Of a stretch of 64,000 nucleotides of DNA, positions 1 to 13,566 are shown one piece after another. The translations under genes were made by a program, and so were the position numbers. Every line of letters begins with the position of its first letter. The stretch's first letter is position 1. The DNA is from Eimeria praecox (taxonomy: Eukaryota), in contig OY986947.1 of the NCBI GenBank assembly GCA_963920595.1, positions 1,674,001 through 1,738,000 of the forward strand, given 5' to 3'. The notes below the pieces were generated by a model. That model did no database searches. It was given only the letters and a program-made list of their open reading frames with translations, and was not told the origin of the DNA.

Positions 1-101
1 TATTTATATCGTATTTATATTATTCGTATGGTTAATATTATATTTATATTAGTTGTATTTATTATTATTATTATTAAACTAAATTAATTATAATATTATA
101 C

Positions 102-167
<66 letters not shown>

Positions 168-239
168 TTAGTCTGATTAAACAATCTTAATTATAACATT
201 TCTCTTTTCTACTATTTCAATTATATTTTATATTTACAG

Positions 240-458
240 GATAGAAACAGAAGAATATTGCAAGGCTGTTGGACGACACCAGCAGTTGCTGCTGCGAGCT
301 GTCGATACACCGCAGCGTGTGCTGCAGCAACAGCAACAGTAAGTCGAAGGATTCAAAGTCTAAGCAAACAATTACAGCCTCGACTCTCTGCTATTATTCA
401 AGCAGCGCATTTAAAAACAATTCTACAGGTGAGAGACAGAGAGAGAGGGAGAGGGAAA

Positions 459-521
<63 letters not shown>

Positions 522-526
522 GGAGA

Positions 527-562
<36 letters not shown>

Positions 563-729
563 AGCTGTTCTTCTTTCTTTGTCTTTGTTTCTTCTTTTCA
601 GTCTGTCTCTTCTTTCTCTCTATGCCTTCGTTTCTCTCTATTTCTCTCTCTTTTGCTATTTCTTTCTCCTTCTCTCTGTCTCCTTCCTTCGTCTTCTTTC
701 TCTTTCTGTCTCCCCTCTCTCTGTCTGTA

Positions 730-780
<51 letters not shown>

Positions 781-1113
781 GTATATATATATAGATATAT
801 TGTTCTTCTTCTGTTTGCATAATCTGTTTCTTGTTGTGTGTTATGTTTTTCTTTTATTATAGTCTCTAACTCTGTCTCCTCGAGCTCTCTTCTGCCCGTA
901 GAATTTATTGTTTATTGTTTAGGGTTTAGGGTTTAGGGTTTAGGGTTTAGGGTTTAGGGTTTAGGGTTTAGGGTTTGTGTGTTCAGGCTGCAGGCCATCA
1001 CGCCTCATTTGCTTGCAGCAATAATTGGAATTTGCCTCAACTTCGAAATGACGGAGAAATGAAATTGAAAGTAGAAGATTTGACTCCTTACTACCTCCCT
1101 AGACACCGTAGCC

Positions 1114-1144
<31 letters not shown>

Positions 1145-1225
1145 TAGCAGCAGCAGCAGTAATAGCAGCAGCAGCAGCAGCAGCGGTGGTAGCAGCATCC
1201 AGAGCTCCAACGGCAGCACCAGCAA

Positions 1226-1256
<31 letters not shown>

Positions 1257-1310
1257 AGCAGCAGCAACAGCAGCGACGCTGCTGGTGTATGGGATCCTCC
1301 TCCTCCTCCT

Positions 1311-1358
<48 letters not shown>

Positions 1359-2447
1359 CCAGCAGCAGCAGCAGCACCAGCAGGTAATGCGTTGTCTTTC
1401 GAGTTAGATGGTTTGTTTGTTCTAACAGGAGAAAATATGAGTGGAAAGAGCACTCTGTGTAGGTCTTTGCTAGCTCTTGTACTCCTAGCTAATGCAGGTA
1501 AACCCTAAACCCTAAACCCTAAACCCTAAACCCTAAACCCTAGATTACAGATTTAGACAGAATACATACGTTTAGATTTCTCGCCCTTCATCATATTCGC
1601 CTGCTTCAGCTTAGTTTTGTTTGTGTATTTGTTTGTTTTGTTTGTTTGTTTGTTTTTATTTGTTTTGTTTGTTTTGTTTGTTTTGTTTGTTTTGTTTGTT
1701 TGTTTGTATTTGTTTGTTTTTTCTTCTACTTTTTATATTTTTAAATAATAAAATATCTATGAAATTATTTGTTGATTTTCTTGTTTATTTTCTGTGTTTT
1801 TATATGTTGGTTCGTCTATTGCTTATTTGTCTACTCGTTTATTTATTTATTTGTTTATTTATTTATTTATTTATTTATTTATTTGTTTGTTTGTTTGTTT
1901 GTTTATTTACTTATTTGTTTGCCTGCTCCTTGAGAATTAATTCTTCAATAAATAAATTAATTAACAAAATAATTAATTGATTTGTTATTTGTTAATTAAT
2001 TAAATTAATTATTTGCTTAAACAAATTAATTAATTAATTAATTAATTAATTAATTAATTAATTAATTAATTAATTAATTAATTAATTGTTTATATAATTT
2101 GTTTTTGTATGTATTTAGGTATGTTTTGCCCTTGCGGTGTATCTACAGTAGTTCCTCGATATTCTTGTTTTCTGTCTTCTGCTCATTTATCTCATGATTC
2201 TCCTAATGAAAATATTTCTTTCTTTTTATACGAAGCACAACAAATCAAATCCGTGCTGCAACAAACACTAGACAGCGTCGCCCCTCTTAAACCTGCTGCT
2301 GCTGCTGCACCGCCAGCAGCAGCAGCAGCAACAGCAGCAACAGCAGCAGCAACAGCAGCAAATGAAGCTGGAGCTCAGCCTCTTAGTAGATGCGGCTTTG
2401 ATAAAGACAATCACCTAGAAGATGAAGGCGCTGCTGCTGAACGCAGT

Positions 2448-2496
<49 letters not shown>

Positions 2497-2697
2497 ACAG
2501 CAGCAGCAGCAGCAAAGGAAAGGGAGCTTCAAACGTTCTGAATGCGGTAGAAATTGTAAAGCAGCAAGAAACAGGTCTAAGTCCTCCTGCAGCAGCAGCA
2601 GCAACTGCAGCAGCAGCAACTCCTGCAGCAGCAGCAGCAGCAGCAGGACAACAGGGAACAACAGCAACAGCAGAAACAACACCATCAACAGCAGCAA

Positions 2698-2732
<35 letters not shown>

Positions 2733-3411
2733 CCTCGTTTGGCAGCTCGCAGCTTCTTAATATTAGACGAGCCCTGTAAAGGAACAGCCCCAAACTGCGG
2801 CGCAGGTTTGTTTGTTGTTTTATAGTGGATGCATGCATGCAGTTATTTATTTATTTATTTATTTATTTGTTTATTTATTTATTATGATTAGATTTTCTCC
2901 TGTTTTGTTTTATTTTTACTCGTATATTTATTCTGTTTTGTTTATTTGTTTTGTTTATTTGTTTTGTGTGTTGTGTTTTTTTATATACTTGTTTTCTTTT
3001 GTTTGCCTATTTTGTTTAATTGTATTTGCCTAGGGTTTAGGGTTTAAGGTTTAGGGTTTAGGGTTTAGGGTTTAGGGTTTAGGGTTTAGGGTTTTGCATA
3101 CGTATTTCTCTTTCTTTCTCTCCCTCTCTCTCCTCAAAGATTGAGTCCGCCGCTGTGTGCGTGTGTTTCTTTGCTGCTGCTACTATTATTGCTGCTGCCT
3201 CTTCTGCTGTTGTGCTGCTGCTGTTGTTGCTGTTGTTGTTGCTGCTGCTGCTGCAGCATTGTTGGGGGCCCTTCTGGAGGCGTTAAGTGCTGTGAAGGCG
3301 CAGGGAGTAATCTGTACTCATCTTCATCACGAGCTAAGTTCCTTAGGTTTATCTTTTCCTAACAATTCTGTTAAATTTAAACAAATCTCACTACGTAGGT
3401 TTTATTCAAAC

Positions 3412-3443
<32 letters not shown>

Positions 3444-3873
3444 GGGACAGAAGCAGCAGCAGCAGCAGCAGCAGCAGCAAGAGCAGCAGGAGCTCGCCGC
3501 AGAAGGCAACTCATGTCAGCCTCCACAGGACGTATACACCTCTCCTTCTTCTTCTTCTTCTTCTCCTCCTCCTCCTCCTTCTTCTTCTACTTCTTCTTCT
3601 ACTACTACTACTGCTTCTTCTTGTACTTCTACTACTACTACTTCTTCTTCTTTAATTACAAAAGATGAAGACAAAGAAGAAATAGAAGAAGAAGAAAAAG
3701 AAGAAGAAGAAGAAGAAGAAGAAGAAGGACATGAATACGAACTCAGAGACGGAGTATGTCTCCGGTCTAACGCCCTTCGTGCTGCTAGACGCGCTGGCCT
3801 GCCGCAGCAGATGCTGCAGCGAGCTCGCAAGCTGAAGCAGCAACTTGAAAACCAATATAAACAACTCGCACTC

Positions 3874-3908
<35 letters not shown>

Positions 3909-4068
3909 ACAGCAGCAGCAGCAACAGCAACAACAGCAACAGCAACAACAGCAACAGGATCAGAAGAAAAAGGAAGAGAAACAGAGACGACAGCAGAAAA
4001 AACAAACGCTGCAACAGCCACAGCCTCAGCAGCAGCCTCAACAGCAGCTGCAGCAGCAACAGCAGCAA

Positions 4069-4132
<64 letters not shown>

Positions 4133-4244
4133 TTGAGGATTCTGTGACATCTTTGTTGCGATCTCGGGTTGTGACTGCCGATTATTTCCAGCAGAAATTA
4201 AACTCTATTAAACAACTCCTTATCGAAGTAGCCGAAGACATCAA

Positions 4245-4294
<50 letters not shown>

Positions 4295-4407
4295 CCAGCC
4301 CGCAGGTTCTGCTGCTGCCTCCTCCTCCTCGGGCTATGAAGCCTCCCCCTACGTGGGAGGGAGCGGCTTGTGTTTATGTTTTGTTTGCAGCGGAAAGCAA
4401 AACTACT

Positions 4408-4445
<38 letters not shown>

Positions 4446-4881
4446 TGCTGCTGCTGCTGCTGCACAACAGCCCAAGACGCAGTCTTCGGGGGGCCCCCTA
4501 GGGGCACCTCAAGAGAACAACTGTATAGGGAAGGAGGGCACAGCTAAGGGGGGGCCCCCGAGGGTAGGGGGCCCCCAAAGGGTACCTTTAGATTGGGGGC
4601 CCCCAGGTGAATATATTGATAGGGTTTTAGATGGGGTTTGGGGAGTAGCTCGGGTGTATGTGGGGGAGACAGAGAAAATAAGTGAAAGGATAAAGAAACA
4701 TCGTCTAAATCGACAGTGGCGATATGCTGCTATTTTGTTGTTGAAGACAAAATGTAAAGGAGAAGCTCGAGCTATAGAATCCGAATTAATTAAAAGATTA
4801 AAGAAAGATAGTTCTATTCGTCTACTTTCTATTAAAGACGGAAGCTCCTCACGCACCATACACCTACACCCTAAACCCTAA
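240..4881 (+). CDS. MSH1: MutS homolog of the plant-type MSH1 class (MutS ATPase + C-terminal GIY-YIG domain), 3' part; exons 240-428, 987-1497, 2119-2805, 3257-4881; 5' exons lie upstream of the window
   Basis: Phase-consistent GT-AG exons. WTTPAVAAASCRY resembles plant MSH1 WFTTPKVEIALVRY. Walker A LTGENMSGKSTLCR, Walker B SFLILDEPCKGT, VICTHLH, and C-terminal CVYVLF...VYVGETEKISERIKKHR (GIY-YIG-like). Interrupted by poly-Q/A/S tracts. Confidence 0.9.
917..976. repeat. Interstitial telomere-like (TTTAGGG)n; further tracts at 1500-1542, 3031-3094, 4869-4945, 5073-5101, 9376-9406
   Basis: Exact heptamer repeats in introns and gene flanks, characteristic of Eimeria. Confidence 0.95.
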
Positions 4882-5250
4882 ACCCTAAAAAACCCTAAAC
4901 CCTAAACCCTAAAAAACCCTAAACCCTAGAAAACCCTAAACCCTAACTCTTGGCCTTCACCAGAGATAGACAGACACAAACCCGAACAAACCCTAATCCT
5001 ACTCCTACCCGCCCCAAACCCTTGGGAGGCCTCTGCCTGCGATGCTTTGTAGTCGCACAGAGGCTCAGCCTCTAGGGTTTAGGGTTTAGGGTTTAGGGTT
5101 TTGCTCTTCCTCTTTGGTCTTTACATGTATTTAAATGTATTACTCCTGCAGCACTTCTTAGCTGCAGCAGCAAAAATAAACAAATTTGTTAAAATTAGGA
5201 TTTTGTGTTTAGGGTTTAGAGATCCACCTAAACACATACATAAACATTTG

Positions 5251-5281
<31 letters not shown>

Positions 5282-5826
5282 ACTCCTGCTGCTGCTAGTG
5301 CTGATGCTTCTTTTGCTGCTGCTGCTGCCTTTCGTAATAGCAGAGGGGTTCATATATATATAATTATTGATATATGAGGGTGCTGAAGACCTACGACGTT
5401 TGTGTGTTTTTAGGTGTACGTACACCGCAATGTTTGGGTGTATCTGTTTTTTTTTTGATTTGTTTGCTACATTTTGTTTATTTAAACTAATCCATTATTA
5501 TCTTTTATAAATATTACTACTAATACAATCATTATCTTCCCGTTATTTCTATTCCTATTAATTTAATTATTATATTATATCTATTCTTAACATTATTAAT
5601 ATAATAGGCTTTCTAGTTTCTGTCTACTGGGGCGGCGAGACAGCTAAAAGAACATATACTTTTCTTAAAGAGTAAATAAATGTTTTCCTAATAGTTTAAT
5701 ATAAAGTTAAAGACAGAGGGGCCTCCAGCATAAAACAAAACTACACCCGTGACAGAAACAGGCAGACCCAAACTCCTCAGGTGTATGTACACTCCATGCA
5801 GCGAATATCTGCACATGCATACATTA

Positions 5827-5909
<83 letters not shown>

Positions 5910-5983
5910 TATATGTATATGCACACACCTAAGCACATATTTGGATAATATGCATATTCACATATGTATAGATATCTTTGCAT

Positions 5984-6027
<44 letters not shown>

Positions 6028-6276
6028 TGCAGTGTACATCCACCTGGATCCTCGTGTTGATTTGCAGCAGCTGTGGAGGCGCGGTTTTTCTTGAAGCATT
6101 TGATGGCGATAGATAAATTTTTTCAAGGCCGCTGAAGAAGAAGAATATAATAAATAGCTGCGTAGATAATATCTATGCAGAATTTGTTTTGTTCTTAACA
6201 CAATCTCAGCTGTCTATACGAACAGGCACTTCTCTATACTCCCTCCCAAGCCCCAAATATGCCCGTAAACAACACC

Positions 6277-6345
6277 ATGCATGCAACCATGCATGCACGC
6301 ATGCATGCGTGCAGTCTCAATAAATGCATGCATGCATGCATGCAT
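6277..6345. promoter_or_regulatory. Cluster of palindromic TGCATGCA motifs
   Basis: Several overlapping (TGCA)n runs here and at 6530-6548, 6650-6662, 10697-10723. The motif is known to be over-represented in coccidian non-coding DNA; its function at this site is not shown. Confidence 0.4.
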
Positions 6346-6880
6346 TTATATAGAGAGAAACAACAAACTTAACGGAAGGAATACTAGACAGGTAATAGAG
6401 AAGATGAAGCAGCTGTGTTGTTTTAGCTGCAGGGGCCAGACGCGCACAGCAACGAGATCTATATTCTATCGTTATAATATTAAAATACGTTATATATAAA
6501 TAAATATATAAACATCATAGAAAGATGAATATGCATGCATGCATGCACTCCTACTGCTGTTCTCAGGCGCATCGCCCCCCCCCCATTCATATTTCTGAAG
6601 AGAGAAGTTTTGTGTTTTGCGTGCATGCACTAGGAATGAGCGTATATGCTTGCATGCATGCAAAATATCAATTCCAGCCCCAAGAGGAAGCAAGAAGGAA
6701 GAAAGACGAGTAGGAAACTGCGAAGAAAAGAAGCAGTTTGCAGGTTTTGAATCGATGTCGAAGGTAAACGCTGGGGTGTACGTACAGCTCTCGCCTCCGC
6801 GATGGTGGCGGTTGCTAAGCGCCGATCGAACGGATATATTCTTTGTTTTCGTTTCAAAATAGGTATAAATGTATTCTATT

Positions 6881-8256
6881 TCATATTTTTCTTCTTCTCC
6901 TGCAGTCGACGAAGGGGATACAGCCACCGAGGCTACCGAAACAGTCTTTCAAGGCTTGCGTCGCTGATTGGGGTGATGGGCTAACAAAGAAGAATGTGAG
7001 GATAGCAGCTAATAGCGATGGAATACCCGCACAAATCATCATAGGACATAATCCCCAATGTGCTAATGCAGTTTTCATTATATATATTCCTCCAACAGCC
7101 CCAACCTTCCCCATAGCTGCAGATATTCCCGCATAAGTTGAACGTACAGATGGCGGGAAGACCACAGAAGGAAGAATAAACGTGGTGATACTCGCCCCCC
7201 AATTAATGAAGAAGTTTACAACAGCTAGCAACCCCAATTGGGCCCAACCACATCCTTCAAGTGCATGCGCTGCAGCAGCAAGAAGAAAAGCTGAACCTGC
7301 TAGTCCTACAAAGCCCCAAAACTGTAACCACTTAACCCCCATTTGTCTAAGTACAAGTATCCCCATATAACAACCTGGGATTCCTATAGCATTTAATAAT
7401 ATATTTTGTTTAATAACATCATCAACAGCAGTCTTTCTCCCCCAAATCATCTCTGTTATCTCAGGTTGTACAAGTAATATACCATAGGCAGTAACATCAT
7501 ACAAAAGCCAACAAACCCCTGTTCCTAGAAGCTGTCTCCAGTAAGCTCGTTTAACAAAAACATGAAGTAATTTCGAAGCGAAATTGGGGTGTACATACTC
7601 CCTAGAATCCTTAAGCCGCCAAGCAGGTAGCCATACAAGGAATGCAGGAACAGCCCCAAAACATAATAAAACACGGAAGCACACTTCTACAGAATGAGAG
7701 GAGACAGACCATAATAATAAAGCAAGAAGATAAGGAAAGAGAATCCCCGGTACATTCATAGAATATGCCCATGAGACACGAAGACATCTATCATCATCTT
7801 TAACAGATGCTGATCCTTCAGCTGCAGTTACAGCTGAAAGTGGATATACACCTCCCGATCCTACCCCCAAAATAAAACGAAAGATTCCCATTATTATGGT
7901 AACTGAGAGAGCTGTACCCCATGAAAATACAGCAGATCCTAAAGCCCCAAATGCTACTAGGAACAGAGTGCATATCATCGCAAGTCTTCTTCCTATCAAA
8001 TCCCCTAAATGCCCCATTATACACATCCCAGCAATTGCTCCTGCATAAGAAAGCATCTTGATAGTCCCATTCCCTACAACAGATTCGAGTGTCTGCCTAT
8101 ACACCTCATCTTGATTCATTAAGAAAAGAGCAATTGATGTTACTACAAAATTATAATTACTTGAAAAAACTGCTAAACATGGAACCAATAAACTCTGACG
8201 TTTAGATCCTGATGGCCCTTCCGTTCCTGTTCCTGCTGTTGCTCCTCCTGCTCCTG

Positions 8257-8289
<33 letters not shown>

Positions 8290-8636
8290 ACGACGACGCC
8301 TCAGGAGTAGATAACATACTCAAATCCTGAGGCTGAGATCCCTGAGAGAGGGAACAAGCAGATATATCTTCTTTCTGTAGAGCTGAAGCATACTCTTTCG
8401 TTGCTGTTTCACGAGAGAGTTTACTGTCGTCTAGCCACCCACAAGTACTAACTAACTCCTCACTTCCTATCTTTCCTGCTGCAGGAGGAGACATTTTTAA
8501 AACAAAAGAGTCTTCAATAGAAGCTTTATTCTGATCTGCTTTGGGTGTATGTGTCTCAGATGAAGCAACAGGAAGCTGTTCGTCTGTCGTTGTTGCTGCA
8601 GGTGTTGTGCTGCGGGAGGTGTCTACACAAGCAGAG

Positions 8637-8671
<35 letters not shown>

Positions 8672-8917
8672 TGTGGGACCAGGAACAGCAGGATCCTCTA
8701 ACTCGAAAACTGAAGAAGCCGGAGGAGGAGGAGAGCACGAGATGCTGCTGCAAGATATGGCTTGTGCTGGGGGCGGCTGCTGCTCCTGAGGGTCCTGGGG
8801 GGAAGGCGGGTTTGAATGTACGTCTCTGGTGATGTCTTGCTGAACAGATAACCGATTAAAATCATTAAATTGGTCAGAGGGAGTGGGCGAGACACGCCCA
8901 GAAGAAAGAAAGGCCAT
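6881..8917 (-). CDS. MFS transporter, PHS/Pho84-like (phosphate:H+ symporter or glycerophosphodiester transporter family), intronless, 678 aa
   Basis: About 12 hydrophobic segments; MFS motif A GHLGDLIGRR; RFILGVGSGGVYPLSAV (cf. Pho84 GIGGDYPLS); WLLYDV; FFINWGASITTFILPSVVFP..RST..GISAAMGKVGA. Confidence 0.88.
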
Positions 8918-11015
8918 GGGAATTCAACTGCAACACCAGAAACACCGCAATTATCTGATTCGGTCGCTGTCCGTAGGAGCACGAAGCGGCGGCACGCGGG
9001 CGACGAAGAAGGCACGAGGGGGAAACATGCAATAAAAAACAAATTTCATGAATGATTTCCTCTTAAAACATCATAAATCAACACAAAATGAAGGAAAATA
9101 CACTCATTTTATTCCCTTTTATGAGCGTACGAGAACAACAGCAACGGCACCCAAAACCCTGCCGTCATCGGCTTGGGTGTATGTACACCAGCGCCGACAC
9201 GCGACCCCACCATCTTTCTCCTCGTTTCCTCTATACTTCGGGATTCTCCTGTGCTCATTTTTAGATATTTTCTTCAAAAAATTATATATATAAACGCTGA
9301 ACGTAAGCCTGACAGACAAACCCCACCCCCAGACCCTCATTTCTTCAGTAACAGCCCACGGGTATACAGTTTACGGTTTAGGGTTTAGGGTTTAGGGTTT
9401 AGGGTTAATAAAGCATATTAATCCTTTAATAAATTTTATTGAGGAAGCATTCTTCCTCTTAACAACCGAGTGAGCAGGACAGCCTTCTTCATTATGCTTC
9501 CTTCTTGTATTCTTAATATGCCGCCCGGCATTATGCATATTCTACATTATATATCTTTTATCTATTGATGTAAGTTTATTCTATCTAACTCATTTATGTA
9601 TTTCTATTTAATTATTTCTCCTAAATATATAGAAGAGGCTGTGGGAAGAACTGCGCGCGTTGCTTTTGCTTCTGTCTCCCGCCTGCCGTCGTCGGTAGTT
9701 TGTTTATCTGTTTGTCGTATTTATTGTTTCTTTTCTGTTTTGTTGTTTGTTTTGTATATTGTTTTATATATTTTTGTTTGATTTTGTTTGTTATTATGCT
9801 GTTTTTTACTGTTCATACACCCCGTCTCTAATACAAATACAGGTTAACATGTATGCAGAGCATGCAAAGACTATGGAGAGTACAGACAGTCTACTAATGA
9901 ATGTGTGTTTAAAAACTGTTATTAACATACATTCTATTTAAATACAATTTATTAAAAACAACTGTCTGTACACCTGAATCCTTGGGGATATCTCTAACAA
10001 CTAACCGTAAAGCATACACCCCAAAGTTCTTACAGTGTCGCACATGGCTTGCAGCAGCAACTTTGATTTCCCTTTGCTGTTGCTGCTGCTGCTGCTGCTG
10101 GTTTTGCTGCTGATGATGTTGTTGTTGTTGCTGCTGCTGCTGCTGGCTGGGATGAGTTGTAGCCTGTTAAGGAGGCACAGGAGGGCAGCAGCTTCTTACG
10201 AAGCTAGAACTGAATCAACTGTTTAGTATTGCTTTGCTGCTGCTGCTGCAGCAACAGACGTTGAAGGAGATTTGCTGCTGCTGCTCTATCTCTTATTTAA
10301 TAGAGTACAAGGAAAATAAGAAGAAGAAGACAGAGACGAATCTGACAGCATCTCCGCTCTGTCTCCCCACTTAACAGCCAGCTAACAAACAAGCAAACAA
10401 ATAGAGTTAAATAAACATATTCCCTGTAAATAAATATATTTATTAGCCTCAATTATCCCCTCAACGAAGATAAAACGATAGAAACAGCTCATCATACACT
10501 GCATAAAGATAGCAAGGCTGAGGTGTATCTGCAGCTCCGCCACCGCCATCCCCCCCCCTCCCTCTGAGGTGTATCTGCAGCTAATTCGAAAGAAATATCG
10601 ACACCCTCTAAATACTAAATGCCTCAATTTTGAAAGATGAAGGAGAAGCAGAACCTCTACGCCTCCTACCCTGCCCATCTACATAGGCCCTCATCGTGCA
10701 TGCATGTATGCATGCATGCATGCAGTTTATCATGTAATCCTGTATAATGGGATTGAGGTGTACGTACACCGCAGCAGCAAGCAAAATAAAGGAGGAGACA
10801 AACAAACTCTTACAGCATACAAGCTGTTCAGAAGAATAAGTTGAAGAGCAAGTTGTTTATGTTTGACTCTGCCTCGTAGATATGGAGACAGAAGAAAAAC
10901 TCGAAACACAGACAATCTCAGAATATATTTGCTGTAGCAATTGCTGCAGCAACTGCTGCTCCTGCAGCACCTGCTGCTCCCTCTTGGCAGCAGCTTCCGC
11001 CGCTATTCCTGCTGC

Positions 11016-11049
<34 letters not shown>

Positions 11050-11223
11050 CCCATTGCTTTTCCTCCCTCTGCGCAGCTGTTGCTGCTGCTGTTTCTACTG
11101 TCCCTGCAGCTGCTGCTGCAGCTGCTGATATCGTTATTTTCTGCTGCCTTTGCAGCAGCAGCTGCTGCGGCTGCAGCAGCTGAAGGATACGTAAGTAAAA
11201 ATATGCATACGCTTAAACTTGAT

Positions 11224-11288
11224 CTAGAATTTACAGGTCTTGGAGCTTCTACTGCTGCTGCTGTTGCTGTTGCTGCTGCTACTGTTGC

Positions 11289-11320
<32 letters not shown>

Positions 11321-13208
11321 CAGCTGCTGCTGATGCTGCTGGAGAGAGTGAAAGGCACACATAGATCTGCAAGTTGTGTTGCATGTTCTGTCTCTGTTTC
11401 TCTCTCTCTCACATTCCACTCTTTAATAGCAGTAATGAGCAAGGCACAGCCAATCAACAGACACCCCGGGCCCCCTATCCCCCCTCCTCCCCCTCTAAGA
11501 GAGTCTGCTAATGCTGCTGGGGGTAGTGATAGGACGAAGCACATAGCAACAAGCATAGGAGACGGCAGCAGCAAGAGAGATACCTGCAGCAATATATTAT
11601 ATACTGTGCTACAGAGACAAGACAGCAGCAGCAAGAAACAAACAAGAGGAGGAGGAGGAGCAGACGTAAACGTTTCTAAACCTGCTGCATGAAGAAGAGG
11701 AAGAGGCAGCCACAGGAATAAAAGTGCTAGAGCCCCCATAATACCTGATATAAAGAATACAAACAATAATGGTTGTGTCGATCTATTTTGTAACAAATAT
11801 CCTTTATACAAAACCTCAAACAAACCGTATACAGCAGAAGCTAGTATAGACAGAGACACACCGAGAGATGATTGGGGTTCTCCTTGGCTGTTATATGTAA
11901 TCAGAGCAACACCAACAGCAGCAATAATTAAAGCAACAATTTGAATAAAATCCTCAGCCCCTTCTTTGTATATAATAGAAGTAAATAGAAAAACAAACAA
12001 AGAATTAGTGCTGAAGATAGCCGTCACACTACATACACTCATACCTGTCGCCCCTACAGCGAAACCCCAACACCATCCTTGAAGGATATATAAACAAGTT
12101 AAAACAAAACAAGCTAAGACTAAAAGCCCCAAACTTTGATATTTAAGTTCTTCTGTTAGAAATGCATGCACACTCTCCTCATACACCTGAAGATAAGGTT
12201 TATACAGATGCTTCTCCCATAGAAGACTCAAACTATACAGAAGCCGATAACGTCCTTCTATTCCTCTCTCCCCTAGTCCTTCTCCCTCTGATGCTGCTGC
12301 TTCTGCTGCTGCTGCTTCTCCTGCTGCTGCTGTTTCTGTTGCTGCTACTGTGTTCTCGTCGGGCGTAACACCGAAAAACTTTGTGTCTAGCCCCTCTTCA
12401 TGGTCTGCTCCTGTTGCTGCTCCTGCTGCTGCTGCTGCTCCTGCTGCTGCTGCTGCTGTTGCTGTTGGATAAGAAGAAACAGGTAAAGGCTCTCCAGCTT
12501 CATCAATCCAGCCGCCAGGCTGTACTGCAGCAGCCTCTCCTTCGTTAGATATATTGCGGTGTATCGACACATCAACGCTTTGCTTGTAAGGGCTGAAAGG
12601 GTAATCTGTAGACCCTGATAAGACTGCACGCGAAGTAGAATGCCCTGGTGTATGTACACAGGCATCCTGGCTTGTCAGCCGCAGCAAGCTGGGCCCGTAT
12701 AAAGCGCTGCTGCTGCTGCTGCTGCTGCAGCTGCTGCTGCTGCTGGTGTTAGTGCTGCGTCGTGTGCGTCTGCTGTACTTCTTTCTTATAGCTCTTAGGG
12801 AAATAAACAGAAAAATGATTTGACAAACCTGCGGCAGCCATACCATGAGGTAAGGCACTCGGAGATGCTCCACCCGCATTTCAGGTGTACGTACACTGCA
12901 GCCTTCTGCAGGAGCGGGATGCCCGTCCGGTTGCAGGGGACAGGGGGGTAGCTGCTGCTGCTCCTTCGGCTGATCATGGGCAGGCGGATAAGTTAATACC
13001 TGGTGCTCCTGCTGCTGCAGCACACGCGTCAACACCCCGCTGGTAATGTAGAGAAGAATATTTATTAAACAACACAACAACCCCACCAATAAAGACTCTG
13101 TTGACGTGCCCGTGTAGCGGTGTATTAAAGGAGGAAGCATAGATAACGTTGGCAACACATGCATCGAAGCAAAACGATGCTCTCTCTCCTCAGCATTGCT
13201 GCTGCTGC

Positions 13209-13244
<36 letters not shown>

Positions 13245-13354
13245 GGTCCTGCGGTCCATTGCCGCCTGAACTGCAGCGGGAACAGGAAGAAGATTGTCCT
13301 TGATTTGATGAGTTCAAGGGAGAGTGATGAGATTTTGCTGCCACTGCTTCGCCC

Positions 13355-13390
<36 letters not shown>

Positions 13391-13566
13391 GGTTGCTGCT
13401 GCTGCGGTGCTGCAGGTGTTGGCGGGTCGGCTGCGGTGTTGAGGGGGATGGAAAGAGAAGAGGAAGCGAGAATCTGTGGCTCATCGGCATAAGAAAATGG
13501 GGTGTATGCACACCTCGATATCTGTCCACTGGACTGCAGGGCCCCGGAGGGCTCGTGAAGAGGCAT
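11224..13566 (-). CDS. Drug/metabolite transporter (EamA/SLC35F-like), apparently intronless; likely start MPLHEPS at 13566
   Basis: Long ORF with about 10 TM segments; SVTAIFSTNSLFVFLFTSII and GVSLSILASAVYGLFEVLYK are typical of SLC35F/Thi74-like DMTs. Confidence 0.75.

Noticed and set aside
4869..5101. Telomeric repeats as a true chromosome end
   Set aside because: The tracts are short, interstitial, occur in both orientations and are flanked by ordinary genes.
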